Of a stretch of 64,000 nt of DNA, positions 10,494 to 22,570 are shown one piece after another (position 1 is the first letter of the stretch; each line of letters opens with the position of its first letter). A program made the translations under genes and the position numbers. This DNA is from Perkinsus chesapeaki ATCC PRA-425. Lineage: Eukaryota > Protista > Perkinsozoa. Below the pieces are notes generated by a model that was not told the origin of the DNA, did no database searches, and saw only the letters and a program-made list of their open reading frames with translations. The stretch is taken from NCBI GenBank assembly GCA_013115145.1, contig JAAPAO010000046.1, positions 40,679 to 104,678 on the forward strand, given 5' to 3'.

Positions 10494-13400
10494 ATGACTC
10501 GGCCCGAGGACGGCCCTGCTGGATACGGTAAACCGTGCAAGGCAGGTGAGCCCGGCCCCAGCTGTTCTGTTGTTTCGATTCATTGGTGTCGCCTTAGTTT
10601 CCTTCTGTCTCCTCCATCCAGAATGCAGAGGTCGTGTGCTGCCCAGTGCCAGTGGCAAGTCCGTGCTGATCGACAATGCTGCGGTTGGCGGTGATGTCAT
10701 GTTTGACTCTGTCATCAAAGGCGGCAAGTCTCAAGATGAGATCTTCGAGATTGTCTGCAGGGTAACTGCTCGACAGTTGCAGATTCCGCTCGTCGTTCCT
10801 GTCTTGCCCGAATTCACGTCGGTTCATCGGTTTGGGTTTCCCGTCTGCCGTATAGTGCGCTCCTCCCCGTGCCTGGGCTCCCCTCCTTCTTCGGCTTGCT
10901 GCTCTACCTATGTCCTATTATTTTTCTCAGCCATATTTGAGGACCGTAATTGAGAATAAGCGAGGCGGCAGTGTGAAGGGCCTGCTTGTGCTGGCCGCTG
11001 GCCCTTCTGGGTCCGGAAAGACCTTCTGTGTTACTGGTGGGGCCACTAAGTTTTCTGACCGCGGTTTGATACCTCGTACGTTGTCGTATCTGTTCGAGCA
11101 CAAGCCAAACTCAACGAGGGCTGAGATAAGCTTCTATGAGATCTATAAAGAAGACGTTATTGACCTGCTCTCGCCCGAGGGGAAGATAGGCCATAGTGAC
11201 GACCTTACGAGGATGCTGGTGGAGAACGAGCCAGCAGCGTACCAGGCGCTCTTCACGGGCGACAGCAACCGACACTTCGAGAAAATGACGCTGAACCCAG
11301 AGGCTAGCCGGGGCCATGCCGTCTTCGAAATCGTCCTCAACGGCCAGGATAAGGTGAGCTGGTAATTGACGAGTTGAAGACCGGCATGCTTCAAGCTCAG
11401 ATCACCTTTGTCGATTTGGCGGTGTACGTCCCTAACTGCCGCACCTCTACGAGCCGACTAAATAAGAAGTCTCAAGACGCCCTGAAGAATGTTATACAAT
11501 CTATGGCCCAACAAGAGAAGTGGCGAAGCAGCCGAGGCCGTGATTCTGTTACTTTATCATCGGCCTTCAGACAAGGAATGCTAACCCTTGTCCTCAAGTA
11601 GGTGTAGAGGCCTGTGGAGCTCTAATGTGGCTTACGGTGTTCAGGCCATACCTTCAATCAATTCAGCATGGCACTATCGACAGCGTACTGCTGACCTGCT
11701 TAGGGCCAGGAGGACCGTCTACGTCCAAAGAGTGGGCTGATGGCGCCAAAGCTGACAACCAACAGTGGGCACGGTAAGCCTATTGCACTAACCCACAGGG
11801 AGTTGAGCCGATGGCTACTGCTGCTGCTGATTCAGCCAAGTGTTGAGCAGATATGACTCATCGTTGCCTAGTCTTTGGCGCCCTGGGGATCAGCATTGTC
11901 ACTTTGCTCAGATTTGCCGAGTCCTGGTGGAAGGCTTTCCATAAGCGTAAGCCAGTACCGCCCTCCAAGGTGGTGGTTGCCAGCAGAAGGCTGCCTACAC
12001 GGGGAGGTGGAGAGGAGGAAGAAGATGATGAGCCGGAAAGGGCCGACTTGGAGGAGGAAGAGGACGATGCATCAGACGTAACTTTGCTGTGCGTGGTCAT
12101 TCTGCCAAGTGTCATTTCCCAGGATATCGATTGGAGCGAGGAGCCCACGCTACCAGCCGTGCCATCTATACACCTGGCGGCCGCCCAGCACATCGGCACT
12201 ATGATTGCCGCTACGACCAACTCCACCAAAAGTAATTCCTCGTGGAAGACCAAACCGCCAATGCATCCAGTTTCTCGGGGCACAAGTTCCCGCTTGGAGG
12301 AGGTGAGCCGCGGATGGCCTCCTCTGGGATACGATAGGCATTTCAGGAGCCGCCTATGACCAAGTCGGTATCGAGCCTGGCCGCACAGCAGACTGTGTCC
12401 AGAACCGTGAGCCCTGCTACTTCACTGAGCCGCTCGTACTCGACCTTGCCCGGGACAAAGATAGCATCCGTGGCTGGTAGCACACACTTCTCAAGCACTC
12501 AACCTCTCACTGGCCTGCAAGCCTTTTCAATGGCCTCCACACCGTTGTCTTTAACACCTCAGCAAGAGTATCGTACCCAAGGTACGCGTGGGTATGCTTG
12601 CCGATAGAACGCATTCTGCTGTCAGTTCCTCCTCCGCCGATCATGCCGAGTACCCCGCCAGTAGTGTGGACGAGCCCGCAGATCGGGCCTAGGACGCCGA
12701 CCATGGCACCAGGGACGCCGCAGCAGATGCTTCGGACGCCGCTGCAACCAATGAGAGGCACTGTTGGAGCTTCACGCCCGCTGACACCGCAAAGCCAGTT
12801 CCGAGAGGAGCTCATGCTCACACCACAGTCCCTGACTCGATACCGTCAAATGCTGCCAACACGTACGCTGGACAGCGCTGCGGACAATCGCGGTGTTGCA
12901 GCGGTAACGTGTATTAAGAGGTATGAGTTTATTATTACTCTCAGGCTGCCTACTACCAGTACCCTACAGTGACATCGCAGAGCCCTTCACGGCAGCCGTC
13001 AGCCACCATGCCAAAGAGCAAATCGGTTGCAGCTCTCCCTGGCACCACGATCTCGGCAGCGTCCCAGCAGTCGCCCGTATACGTTACCAGAGGGCCCGCT
13101 GTACCGTCGCCGCAGGTTTACTACGAATATCAACCGGCACCTCGGGTCCAGGTAGGGTTATGAATGCACGCATGCTCAGGTCTGCCGGTGTTGCAGGTAT
13201 CAAACGCTGCGACCACCTACCCTTACATTCCCGACATGCATACTGGGCTGACGAACTATACCTATGGGAACCCGCAAACTTACTCTGGTGGACCGTATCC
13301 GTACAGTACTGTTCAGAGCCGACCCACTGTTCAAACTTATGCAGGATACGCTGCTCCCAGTACCGGTGGGGGATATGTTGGTCCTACTAGCGGTGGCGGG

Positions 13401-13643
13401 TACAGTGGTCCTACTAGCGGTGGCGGGTACAGTGGTCCTACTAGCGGTGGCGGATACAGTGGTCCTACTAGCGGTGGCGGATACAGTGGTCCTACTAGCG
13501 GTGGCGGGTATGTTGCCGGCAAACCAAACTACACAACAGTGTCTAAGCAAGGCCAGCCACTGGGTCAGTTGCCAAGTCGAATGAGCGTGCTGACGAAGCA
13601 GCAACCGCCATCTCGACAGTTAATGCAGCCTTTGATAATATGA
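10494..13643 (+). CDS. Kinesin-9 (KIF6/KIF9)-like protein with degenerate switch motifs and long low-complexity tail
   Basis: P-loop GPSGSGKT followed by FCVTGGATKFSDRGLIPRTLSYLF (KIF6-like), SFYEIY..DLL, NPEASRGH, ITFVDLAVYV, LNKKSQDALKNVI. In-frame splicing links the motor to acidic, Ser/Pro and Gly/Tyr-rich exons ending TGA 13643. Confidence 0.7.
13380..13514 (+). repeat. 27-bp coding tandem repeat x5 encoding (GPTSGGGYS)n
   Basis: Five near-identical GGTCCTACTAGCGGTGGCGG(G/A)TACAGT units read directly. Confidence 0.95.
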
Positions 13644-13971
13644 TGATGTCAAGTAGAATTAAAGTCTTTTAAAGCAGTTGTTGAGACCCGTCACAGAGGC
13701 AGTTGACACTCTGCCAGTAGACGGTGAGGATTAACAATGTGAGCACTTGCCATGGACCACAGTCACCTTTCGCAAAGTGTTGCGTTCCAGTGGGCCACCT
13801 ATCTCAAGGGAGAGCGCGGATCTTAGCTTCCGCGTTGTGCGCGGCTGTCTCCTCTCGAAAGCACAAAAGCGCGCCGTGGTGTTCCCTTAAGAGTCAAACT
13901 ACCCCCGGGTCCGGATTCGGATTCGGATTCTTCTGTTACTCCTATCACTTGGTAGCTTCTTTCGTTGAATC

Positions 13972-14840
13972 ATGCGCGGATACTTCCTGGCCTCGGCTCT
14001 TATTGGCGCTGTTGTTGCTCAGTCTCTCAAGGAAGGAGCAGACGTGACCACTGATTTCGCGCTGGATATGCCAGCGGACCAGAGGACCAAGTTCGATACT
14101 GAGACTGTACCGAAAGCTTATGGCTCTGCAGTGACTTGGCGCATTTGATTCAGGTTGCTAACGTGTCCAAGATCGAGGAAGATATCATGGATGAGGCTGA
14201 CTGCATCTGGTCTTGGATAAAGCAGGTTATTGCGTCACCGATGTCACCTGGCGACTATGCTTGTTTGTCGATGAAAGCCAAGGGCGGCAAGAAGCTGTTG
14301 AGGCAAACGATTCAAATAGGCTATTGTGAGCCGCTTGGAACCAACATGTGAGATAGCAACCGATGGTTTGGAAGTAAATTATTTGCCAATCAGGTCATTC
14401 AAGGTGTCCATCGGACAGATTACTAAGAAGTTGCATTTGCCTGAGTGGATCGACCCAACTGGAGGCTCGATTACTCTCCCTAAGTTCTACTCGCAAGTGT
14501 AAGGCTACTACAGCTCGAGCTTGGGTGAGATGTCCGACGCAGGTACGACGATACCCAATGCACAGTTAATAGCACGATCGCTGATTCGGGTCTCGCCTCG
14601 TTGCCCGACGTTCATAAGATTCATATCGAGAACGGCAAATGCGTGATCAAGATCGAAGCGGAGCCTTTACCGACTTTAGCCCCAACAGGACAAGAGACGC
14701 AGACCCCCTCAGAGGAACCATCAACTGCGCCTCCAGAGACCACTACTCCTGCGCCGACAGCTGAAGAGGAAGAGAAGCCAAGTCCTGCGGCGGCAGCAGC
14801 CCCTGAGATCGGTGTAAGCGCTGAAGTCACAGTTGACTGA
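13972..14840 (+). CDS. Secreted protein, tandem paralog A, Thr/Pro/Glu-rich tail
   Basis: Signal peptide MRGYFLASALIGAVVA; spliced core with YCEPLGTN|SFKVSIGQITKKLHLPEWIDPTGGSITLPKFYS shared with paralog B. Confidence 0.8.
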
Positions 14841-15521
14841 GCGGATGCTTCATCGAAAGCTCGAGTTTACTCGATCTAAAGACATTCATTTATTGATTGT
14901 TATAAGGTGTTCAACTCAGAACGGATAGTTCCCATTAGTGAACCAGATGTCTTGTGTTGCATTCAAGTCCCTATTGAACTTGTGCTGCTAATCTGGGCAT
15001 GCATATCACTACTAGTGCTACAATGGAAAAAATACTTTGAAATAATCACGCAATCAATCTTGCTGCTTAAGCGATAGAACTACACTCACAACAGAATTAA
15101 CCAAAGCCTAGGACCAAACCCGGGTTCCTCTAGATCGTTCAAAAGTTGTGTCTCAAATTGAGACTCTCAATCGAGAATCTCATGGTTTTGTCGAAGCACT
15201 GCGCAAGGTGAGTGCTTCAGTTCCGCGGACCTCTGTCTTATAGCTTGCGCGAAGCTCATTTCATCCCGTTCGGTGTTAGTACGATACGCTGTAGGCTTGC
15301 GCGGGAATAATAGTGCCGTAGTTAATATGCTTTCTGTCGGGTGCGAAACCAATGGTATCTTTTGCGCACTATGTAGATTCGGAATGCTGGCGCTCGCCAT
15401 TTGGAAACGGTCATGTTAGATATTGTCCTTGCTCTCTCAAATGCACCATTCGCTTTAATACAGTCTTCTTACATAGAGGAAGCGTTCATTTTTTCCAGTG
15501 TTTCCCAGCTTGCCGAAAGGA

Positions 15522-16725
15522 ATGACCGTTTCCCGCGTTCTGGCTTCTCTTGCGGCCATTGGTGCCGTCGGTGCTTACGATATGACAGCTGACTTCGCCT
15601 TCGATGTCCATGATGAGATTAAGGAGAAGTTCACCGATGCCGCTGTAAGTCATGAGACATAACTGTTCCATAGTTGCGCGGACCGTCTTATAGTAACTTG
15701 TCGCTTTTTTCAGAAGGAGTCTATGTTTGAAATGCAAAAGCATCTCAGAGAGGTTCTCTCTCCCCTCCACCACATGGTTATTCCTGCCCCGGTCGCCACC
15801 GGTGATCCCGTCTGTGTTGAGCTCAAGGACGGCGAAGGCGCCACTATCCTAGTTCAATCTGCCCAGATCGACTATTGCGAGCCTTATGGCACTAATATGT
15901 AAGCGCTTTTCAACTATGTTGTGGAGGTTGCTCACTCAGGTCCTTCGTCGTTAAGATAGGATCCGTCACAAAGACTCTTAATCTTCCCCCCTTCATCGAC
16001 CCCACTGGAGGCTCTATCACAGTCCCTCGTTTCTTCTCTCACTTGTGAGTGCCGAAGTCTGATTCATTCCTGATTATTGTTGTCATATTAGGTACAACGG
16101 GACCGCCTGTAATGTGAGTGAGAAGGTGGAAGGTGGCCTTGCTGGAATTCCGGAGGTTATCTCTGTGCACGTTGAGAAGGATGTGTGCCCTGGTGACGAT
16201 CCAGCTGAGCTCTGGCCTACTGTCGAGCCTAAGGCTAAGAAGGAAGAGAAGAAGGAATATAAGGAAGAAAAGAAAGAGCACAAGAAGGCTAAGCGGGCCG
16301 AGGAAGAAGAGGAGCCTAAGGAGGAAGAGCATAAGAAGTCTAAGGAGCCCAAGGAGGAAGAGCATAAGAAGTCTAAGGAGCTCAAGGAGGGAGAGCGTAA
16401 GAAGTCTGATGAGCCTAAGGAAGAGCGTAAGAAGTCTGAGCCCAAGGAGGAAGAGCCTAAGAAGGCCGACGAGCCCAAGGAGGAAGAGCCTAAGAAGGCC
16501 GACGAGCCCAAGGAGGAGCCTAAGAAGGCCGACGAGCCCAAGGAGGAAGAGCCTAAGAAGGCCGACGAGCCCACGGAGGAAGAGCCTAAGAAGGCCGACG
16601 AGCCCAAGAAGGAAGAGCCTAAGAAGGCCGACGAGCTCACGGAGGGTGAGGAGCAACCCACTCCCGTAGAAGCCACTGTTGCACCAACTGCAGAGCCGGC
16701 TGTAGTTCCTATCATGATGGCGTAG
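15522..16725 (+). CDS. Secreted protein, tandem paralog B, Lys/Glu repeat tail
   Basis: Signal peptide MTVSRVLASLAAIGAVGA; YCEPYGTN|SFVVKIGSVTKTLNLPPFIDPTGGSITVPRFFS; shares intron positions with paralog A; tail of KEEEPKKADEP repeats. Confidence 0.8.
16312..16640 (+). repeat. ~33-bp coding tandem repeat encoding KEEE(P/H)KK(A/S)(D/K)EP
   Basis: About 10 degenerate GAGCCCAAGGAGGAAGAGCCTAAGAAGGCCGAC units, one 3 nt shorter. Confidence 0.92.
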
Positions 16726-17712
16726 AAGTCGTTTTAAACCTTTTTTGTCACTGTTCTTAACTAGTATAAGTAAGAATCGTGGAAACATGTCATTCTTCAT
16801 CTAGGGCTGAATGAATATTAGTTTTAAAAGTAAGTGTTGTGTTCGCCCAGTGGCATTGTAGCGTCCCCTCTGTAATGGCGTTGGTTTGTTCCTTATTACG
16901 CAAAGTAATCGAAGAGTGTATAAAGGTGGACGCCTGAATTCTGCATTGGCGTCTGTTGTCTGCAGGCTGGTCATTTCAAGAGAATAGTTTTTAATGATAC
17001 CCTCACGGGAACGTGTAAAACGTTACGTGTTTATGAGCTCGGACCGAGCTGCTCGATGTTGTCAGGGTCTCCGCTTGAAGTGCTCTCTCAGAAGTTGAAA
17101 GCAGAGTTTTATAAGTTGGCGCACCTTGCTAGATTTGAAGAGGATGATTTCCAATTGCTTATCGATCTCACGAATACGCAGTTTCCAACTACGCTAACTA
17201 ACGTTCGGAGCCCTACGGTACACGTGACGCGCCGAACGAAAAAAGCTTCCTGAGGATGCTTTCGGAGAGCGAAAACTTCACAGGAACTCGTTTAGATGTT
17301 GCGTAATTTTAGCACCGCGAAATGTCATTATGTCCTCGATGTAGTTGAAACTGCAAGCCTAAATGGAGATTGTCAAATTGACGTCCCTATCAGTGAAGCT
17401 GATGTCGTGGTCAGCGCAATAGATTCATGAAGGTTATAGACGTCAGTTCCTGGAACAATACATTACTTGGCGCGGTGTTCTATTTTGTAAGTTCGCGGAT
17501 ACGCTCTTTACTCGAGGATATCAATCTGATATCAGTACATGTCGCTGTCTTTCGATACATGATAAGACTGACCTCTTAAACAAGTATTAACAAGTCTTAA
17601 ACGTGAACACGTATTTACTCATCTGAAATCCTAACGCAACAGGGGACCTTGCTCGAAGTTGTGTTGAATATTACGTAAAATGTTACTAAGGTTAAATGCG
17701 GCTGCTCAGGTA

Positions 17713-18311
17713 TCAACTGATAGAAAGCCGATAATCGGCTAACCGAGTAATCACTTTACCGACGCTCGACAAGTCAGCCATATCCTCGACATGCCAGGCT
17801 GCGCAGCCAAGTAGAACGGCAATCATAGCTGCCGTTTTCTCACCGAAGATCAGGGTGAGGACGACCCCGCCAGTGACACCCATCGTGAGGATTGCCAGGT
17901 CTCTGACATGGTCCGTTGGTGGATGGTCAGGAATCGATACTATCGTTTCCAGCACCGCATAGTTGGTGACAGCCTTAGCTACGTGTGTGGCGTGCCGGCA
18001 GTAGGGACATGTAACATACTTCCCGAAGAGCCAAGAGTTGGAGGTTACAGACTCCATGCATTTAGCGCATACACTGTGGCCACATCGGGTTAGCACCTGA
18101 GCACGTCCTTCCACTAGAGAGACCAGACAGTAGAGCTTACCATGGGACGGTGATGTGAGTCATCGTAATCATTGCAGCAAATGCCGCATTCGAGCGGAGC
18201 CAGGACTCCATTGCCGCCCTCCCACGCTTTGACTCGCAGTGCAACTTGGGGTAGTACTTGGGCGAACCGAACAGATGCCCAGTCCCAACAGTCTAACATG
18301 TACTGAGTCAT
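17713..18311 (-). CDS. RING-HC (C3HC4) E3 ligase-like protein with C-terminal membrane segment(s)
   Basis: CGICC..RPM|VLTRCGHSVCAKC..CPYCR joined by a 44-nt GT-AG intron (18140-18097); hydrophobic C-terminal helices. Confidence 0.85.
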
Positions 18312-18385
18312 CGACTACGGTTCATTAAACTGAAGCGGTGGAGATAATCACCTTTGCTGAACGCAACAGAAACTGTGGCACCAAA

Positions 18386-20041
18386 TCATGCATTAGAGTC
18401 CAGAGGTCTCAAGAGACCCGCATAAGGGCTGCACCCAAACCAGTCTACACTGTGAAAATCGAACCAACATGCAAGAGTGTCAATATGGTCATGCATCCTT
18501 CTAATAGACATCTCATCCAGTTCCCTCAAATGCTGATACAGTCTTTCATCAGCCTGGGCCATGGGCCATCTGATGGCGATGGTGCTCCAGGGAAGCCAGT
18601 GGGAGAAGGGTAGCTCAATCTCGTCTGATAGCAGCACCGGTATGCAGCGGGAATACGCAAGCGCCTCAAAAAGCCTCATTGTCCACCAGCCTCGCCCTCG
18701 GGGCACAAGACAGAAGTCTGAATTGCCGTAGAGGTACCCATATCGCAGGTTAGGGCCACCAACACTCACTCTGGGGTCGACACCCTGAAGGTTTCTGATC
18801 AAGTCCAGCCGAGTGGTCTCGTTGACGGAGCGGTATGACTGAGCCAGGGCCTCGCCGTTCGTGGTATTAGCATGTTCGAAGTGCCCTACGACAAGGTACT
18901 CTCGCTCGCTGGAGATCCTCGCAAAGACGCCGAGCCGTTCGGCCTGAACACGGGTGGTGGCCGATGGCAGGACCAGGTCCCTTTCCGGGAGGAAACACTT
19001 GCCGACAGGGCAGTGATGACACGCTCCATCACACAGGACCGGGCGGGCCTCAACCACTACGAACCGTGCACTGCGGTACTGTTGCCAGCCAGCGAGCTTC
19101 CATATCTCCGTGAGGAAGGGGAACAGGTGTCTTTGTGGCGCCTCATCCCAGTACGTCATCAATTTTGTCAACTCATTATAGACCTCATCGGCATCAGCCA
19201 AATGGAGGTCCAAGCAGGAGAAGTAGACCGGCACATAGAACCACTTGGCCTTTTTCGGGTCCAACGTGCGACAGGGGCTCCGAAGAAGATTCCTATGTAG
19301 GTAGACCTCAGTGAAGCCGGTCCCTACAGATGCGCACCGGACAGGATTGCCGTAAAGCATAGATGACGGATAAGGGTCGCTGTAAACGTAGATGAGATTG
19401 TCACCGCACCGGGGATCTGGCTCATTTGCTGGCGCGTCGAACAGGAACAGGTGGTAGTCCCGAAAATAGGCGTGGTTGACCCTCCGCATCCAGAAGCAGT
19501 CTCGAGCCTCCTCCAGAGCACTCCCGAGTGCCGTAGCCCGGTGATAGACAGCACGAGCCTCCGACCCGTCAGTTATGTTACTGATAGCTAGGAGCTCGAC
19601 GACGGCAACACCAGCAGCGCACTCGGTTATCGCTGCCGCTCGGTCAGCTTGGATTTGCAGGTACTTTGTCCAGATGTCCAGCGGCATCCTCTTCACGTTC
19701 ATCGTCATTGATAACGTCTGTGTCCGCATTAAGGCCTCCCAATCGCTCCCTCTGCATTGCTCTTCGTCGAGGCAAGCCCCGTCCATGGTGGAGAGGTACG
19801 TCATAATGTTCGGCATGTTCTCATCCACATCTGTCATCAGCTCGAGATCCGCATAAACGTCTTCTTCCCCGCAACACCTGTTGTAGTTGAACGCACCGTC
19901 CCAACAAATTGGATTGCCGGCACCCCTCGGATGGCAGCACAGCGCCTCTGTGAAGCCCCCGGCCCAGCAAAGGGCGTTGCCTCCATCACCAACGCGTCCA
20001 CAAAGGAACAGCACCGTCAGGTAAAGGAACGAGGCCATCAT
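18386..20041 (-). CDS. Exostosin/GT47-family glycosyltransferase with N-terminal Cys-Trp module
   Basis: Intronless 551-aa ORF; signal/anchor; DPKKAKWFYVPVY and SDFCLVPRGRGWWTMRLFEAL..CIPVLLSDEIELPF are typical GT47 motifs. Confidence 0.9.
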   Translation of the reverse strand: MMASFLYLTVLFLCGRVGDGGNALCWAGGFTEALCCHPRGAGNPICWDGAFNYNRCCGEEDVYADLELMTDVDENMPNIMTYLSTMDGACLDEEQCRGSDWEALMRTQTLSMTMNVKRMPLDIWTKYLQIQADRAAAITECAAGVAVVELLAISNITDGSEARAVYHRATALGSALEEARDCFWMRRVNHAYFRDYHLFLFDAPANEPDPRCGDNLIYVYSDPYPSSMLYGNPVRCASVGTGFTEVYLHRNLLRSPCRTLDPKKAKWFYVPVYFSCLDLHLADADEVYNELTKLMTYWDEAPQRHLFPFLTEIWKLAGWQQYRSARFVVVEARPVLCDGACHHCPVGKCFLPERDLVLPSATTRVQAERLGVFARISSEREYLVVGHFEHANTTNGEALAQSYRSVNETTRLDLIRNLQGVDPRVSVGGPNLRYGYLYGNSDFCLVPRGRGWWTMRLFEALAYSRCIPVLLSDEIELPFSHWLPWSTIAIRWPMAQADERLYQHLRELDEMSIRRMHDHIDTLACWFDFHSVDWFGCSPYAGLLRPLDSNA

Positions 20042-20211
20042 CAGTCAGCCGATCCCCATCGCCAAGGCAGCCTGCTATCCACTAGCAGACGTATCATAAC
20101 TCAACGCGAGAAGATACCAGTGAGGTGACACTTATACTAGCACTGCTGCGGGGGGTGTGTGGTCTACTAAACGGATGTGGTACATAGCGGGGGTGTTTTA
20201 ACAATAGTAAT

Positions 20212-22435
20212 TTATAGGAAACGAGGATTCTTCGAGTTAAGCTCCTCTTCGTCGCCTTCAGCGTCTTCGACAGGCTTCAAATTGTCCTGCTTCAATGACA
20301 GCATTTTGAACTTGTTAGGCTCAACCTCGACACGCACGGCGACTCGACCGTCATCGGTGACCTGCCACGAAGATTAGCGTCACGCCAGGGATTTCCCGAG
20401 ACTACCTTCACGACCTCAGCGGGCTTCCCGTTGTAGTGCTGCGCCTTGGTGAGACCAGTAACAATCACTCTATCACCATCCATAAAGGAATGAGAGTCGC
20501 CGTAGAGATCTTGGCGCACGGAGACCCTGGACACAAAAAATCAGCACGCATGCACAGCCGGTTGTCCCTCACCTATTGACAAGTGGCGTAATGGTGCGGC
20601 CTTTACGGTAGTCCTTAGGCAACAGCATCTGACTGAAGTTGAGCAGGTTGGATATGCCAGTAACCTGCAAGCAGTTCAAGCATGTTCAGACATGACTAGT
20701 GGCCGCACCTCATAGGGCAGCAAAGGCAACTGGACAACCGAAAGGTTCGCATCGGCGACCTCTGGGAATGCCCGCAACTCATTCAGGTACTTCTGCTGTA
20801 TAGCATTCCTGAAAATGTTATATCGAGCCAGCGGAGCGATGCTGTCCATGATTAGCCCACCTTGCCCTGCAGAACTGAACAGCCTGCTGGACGGTGCCCC
20901 ACTGAGCCTGACCGAGCACCTAAATTAACGAGGTTTGCATCAGCGGTATCTTTGCAACCCTGATAGCGCACCTGTTCTCCCTTCTCATTAGTTGCGGCAT
21001 CCTCGATCGAGAGGGACGTAAAGTCGCCCATCACAAGCTGGTTCACCACGACATGTGACACTGCGACTTGGTCCTTATGTAGCTCCTACAGACACTGGTA
21101 ACACCAAAACCGCGCGCCACGAAAATGGCCTACCCTGAGCAGGCGCTGACTCTCCTTAATGCTGAGGTACTCGGCAATGCAGACCACCACGAAGGTAGTT
21201 CTCATGCGGTCCTTCAGCATCCTACCCACCTTCTCGATACCCTTCTTGTAGTCTCTGATGCGAGCGGTGACCTATGCTCAATAAAGCTGGTGCGATGTCG
21301 TCAAGTAGAGCAGAGTACCTTTTTGCGGAGTGCCTCGGTCTGCGTGTAGTTGCCACCTTTAACCATCTGCCAGTATTGCCACAAAGATGTCTGCCAGGAC
21401 TCCAGCTTAGTCAGACCGACCTGAAGTTGCAAATGAAATCATATTTTGGTGTGAAGCCTAAATACCCTGCCGACATGCACAATAGAAACTCTCTGCTCCA
21501 AGAGAGTCTGTACTTGCCCGGACAAATTATAGGATAATTTTTTTACACATCGCTCCGGCGGCTCCCGAATAGGGAAGCACCTTTGTCTACCATTCCTTTG
21601 CCCAGCCGTAACTCGGAGTCAAATTCGAATACCACCTTGATTTATACAACGATAGATAGAACGTTCCTCTACATTGCAAACAGCACCACCCTTGCTTGAT
21701 AATTTTCATTAACACAAAATCTCAGGGGTGAGCTCTTTTCCGCAGCACCCTGTACTTCATTACTACCTGTAGGATATCGGGTAGCTGCAAGAGCTTCAAA
21801 GTGTGTCCTGTTGGGGCTGTATCGAACACTATTATATCGTAATGTCCACCCTCCAATAGGTCCACAACTGACGATAGTGCCGTGGCCTCATCAATGCCAG
21901 GGATGCCCGAAATCCAGTCCTAATGGAACCACCTCCATCACAGCCAGCATCACCAATTCTACCTGCAGTTTTTCGACATTGTCGATAAGGTCATTATACC
22001 CAGCCTGGTGAGCTAGTTCTCCCCACTGCTGAAGCTCGTGAGCTAGATACGTGTGAGGGTTGATCTCGAGCACATCCAGATTGGGAATGCCAGGTACGGG
22101 TGTTGGCTAAACAACATCAATAACCCTTCTAACACATCACCACCCAATACCCACCTCTCCACCGAATCTTGTCCGGAAGGCATCACCGAGGCTGTGGGCC
22201 GGATCTGTCGACAGGAGCAGGACTTTGCGGTCATACGCTAACTGGATGGCGATGGCCGAGGAGGTTGTGGTCTTGCCTGGGGGACCATTGTGCCGAGAAT
22301 ATAGGGCGCCCCGAATAGGATATTACCGACACCGCCTTTGCCACCTACAAATATAAACTTGAGGTTCGGATCCTCGACTATCTTGTCGATATAGGCCTGT
22401 CGATCGTGGGCTGAATTAACTGTAGAAACACTCAT
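20212..22435 (-). CDS. GET3: Get3/ArsA (ASNA1)-family ATPase with C-terminal SH3-like domain, multi-exon
   Basis: VGGKGGVG|[43 protein letters not shown] 46-nt intron (20572-20527) joins in frame to [24 protein letters not shown]|[20 protein letters not shown], stop TAA 20214-20212. Confidence 0.85.
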
Positions 22436-22570
22436 TAGGAACAAAGGCCAGAAGAACTTACAGGACGCTTAACTCAGCAGCGAACTCAACTACACAAAGA
22501 GGATGAGAAAAATATTACTTAACTGGAGATTATTGCCGATATAAGCCACAACGGAATCGGACGTCTTATC

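Noticed and set aside
16039-16800. 253-aa Leu-rich minus-strand ORF and overlapping Ser-rich and Arg-rich ORFs
   Set aside because: Alternative-frame artefacts of the K/E tandem repeat in secreted paralog B.
17000-17430. Coding-looking fragments at a convergent strand switch (65-aa ORF 17056-17253)
   Set aside because: Frames break without clear splice sites and no motif is recognisable; may be a gene or transposon relic but unsupported.
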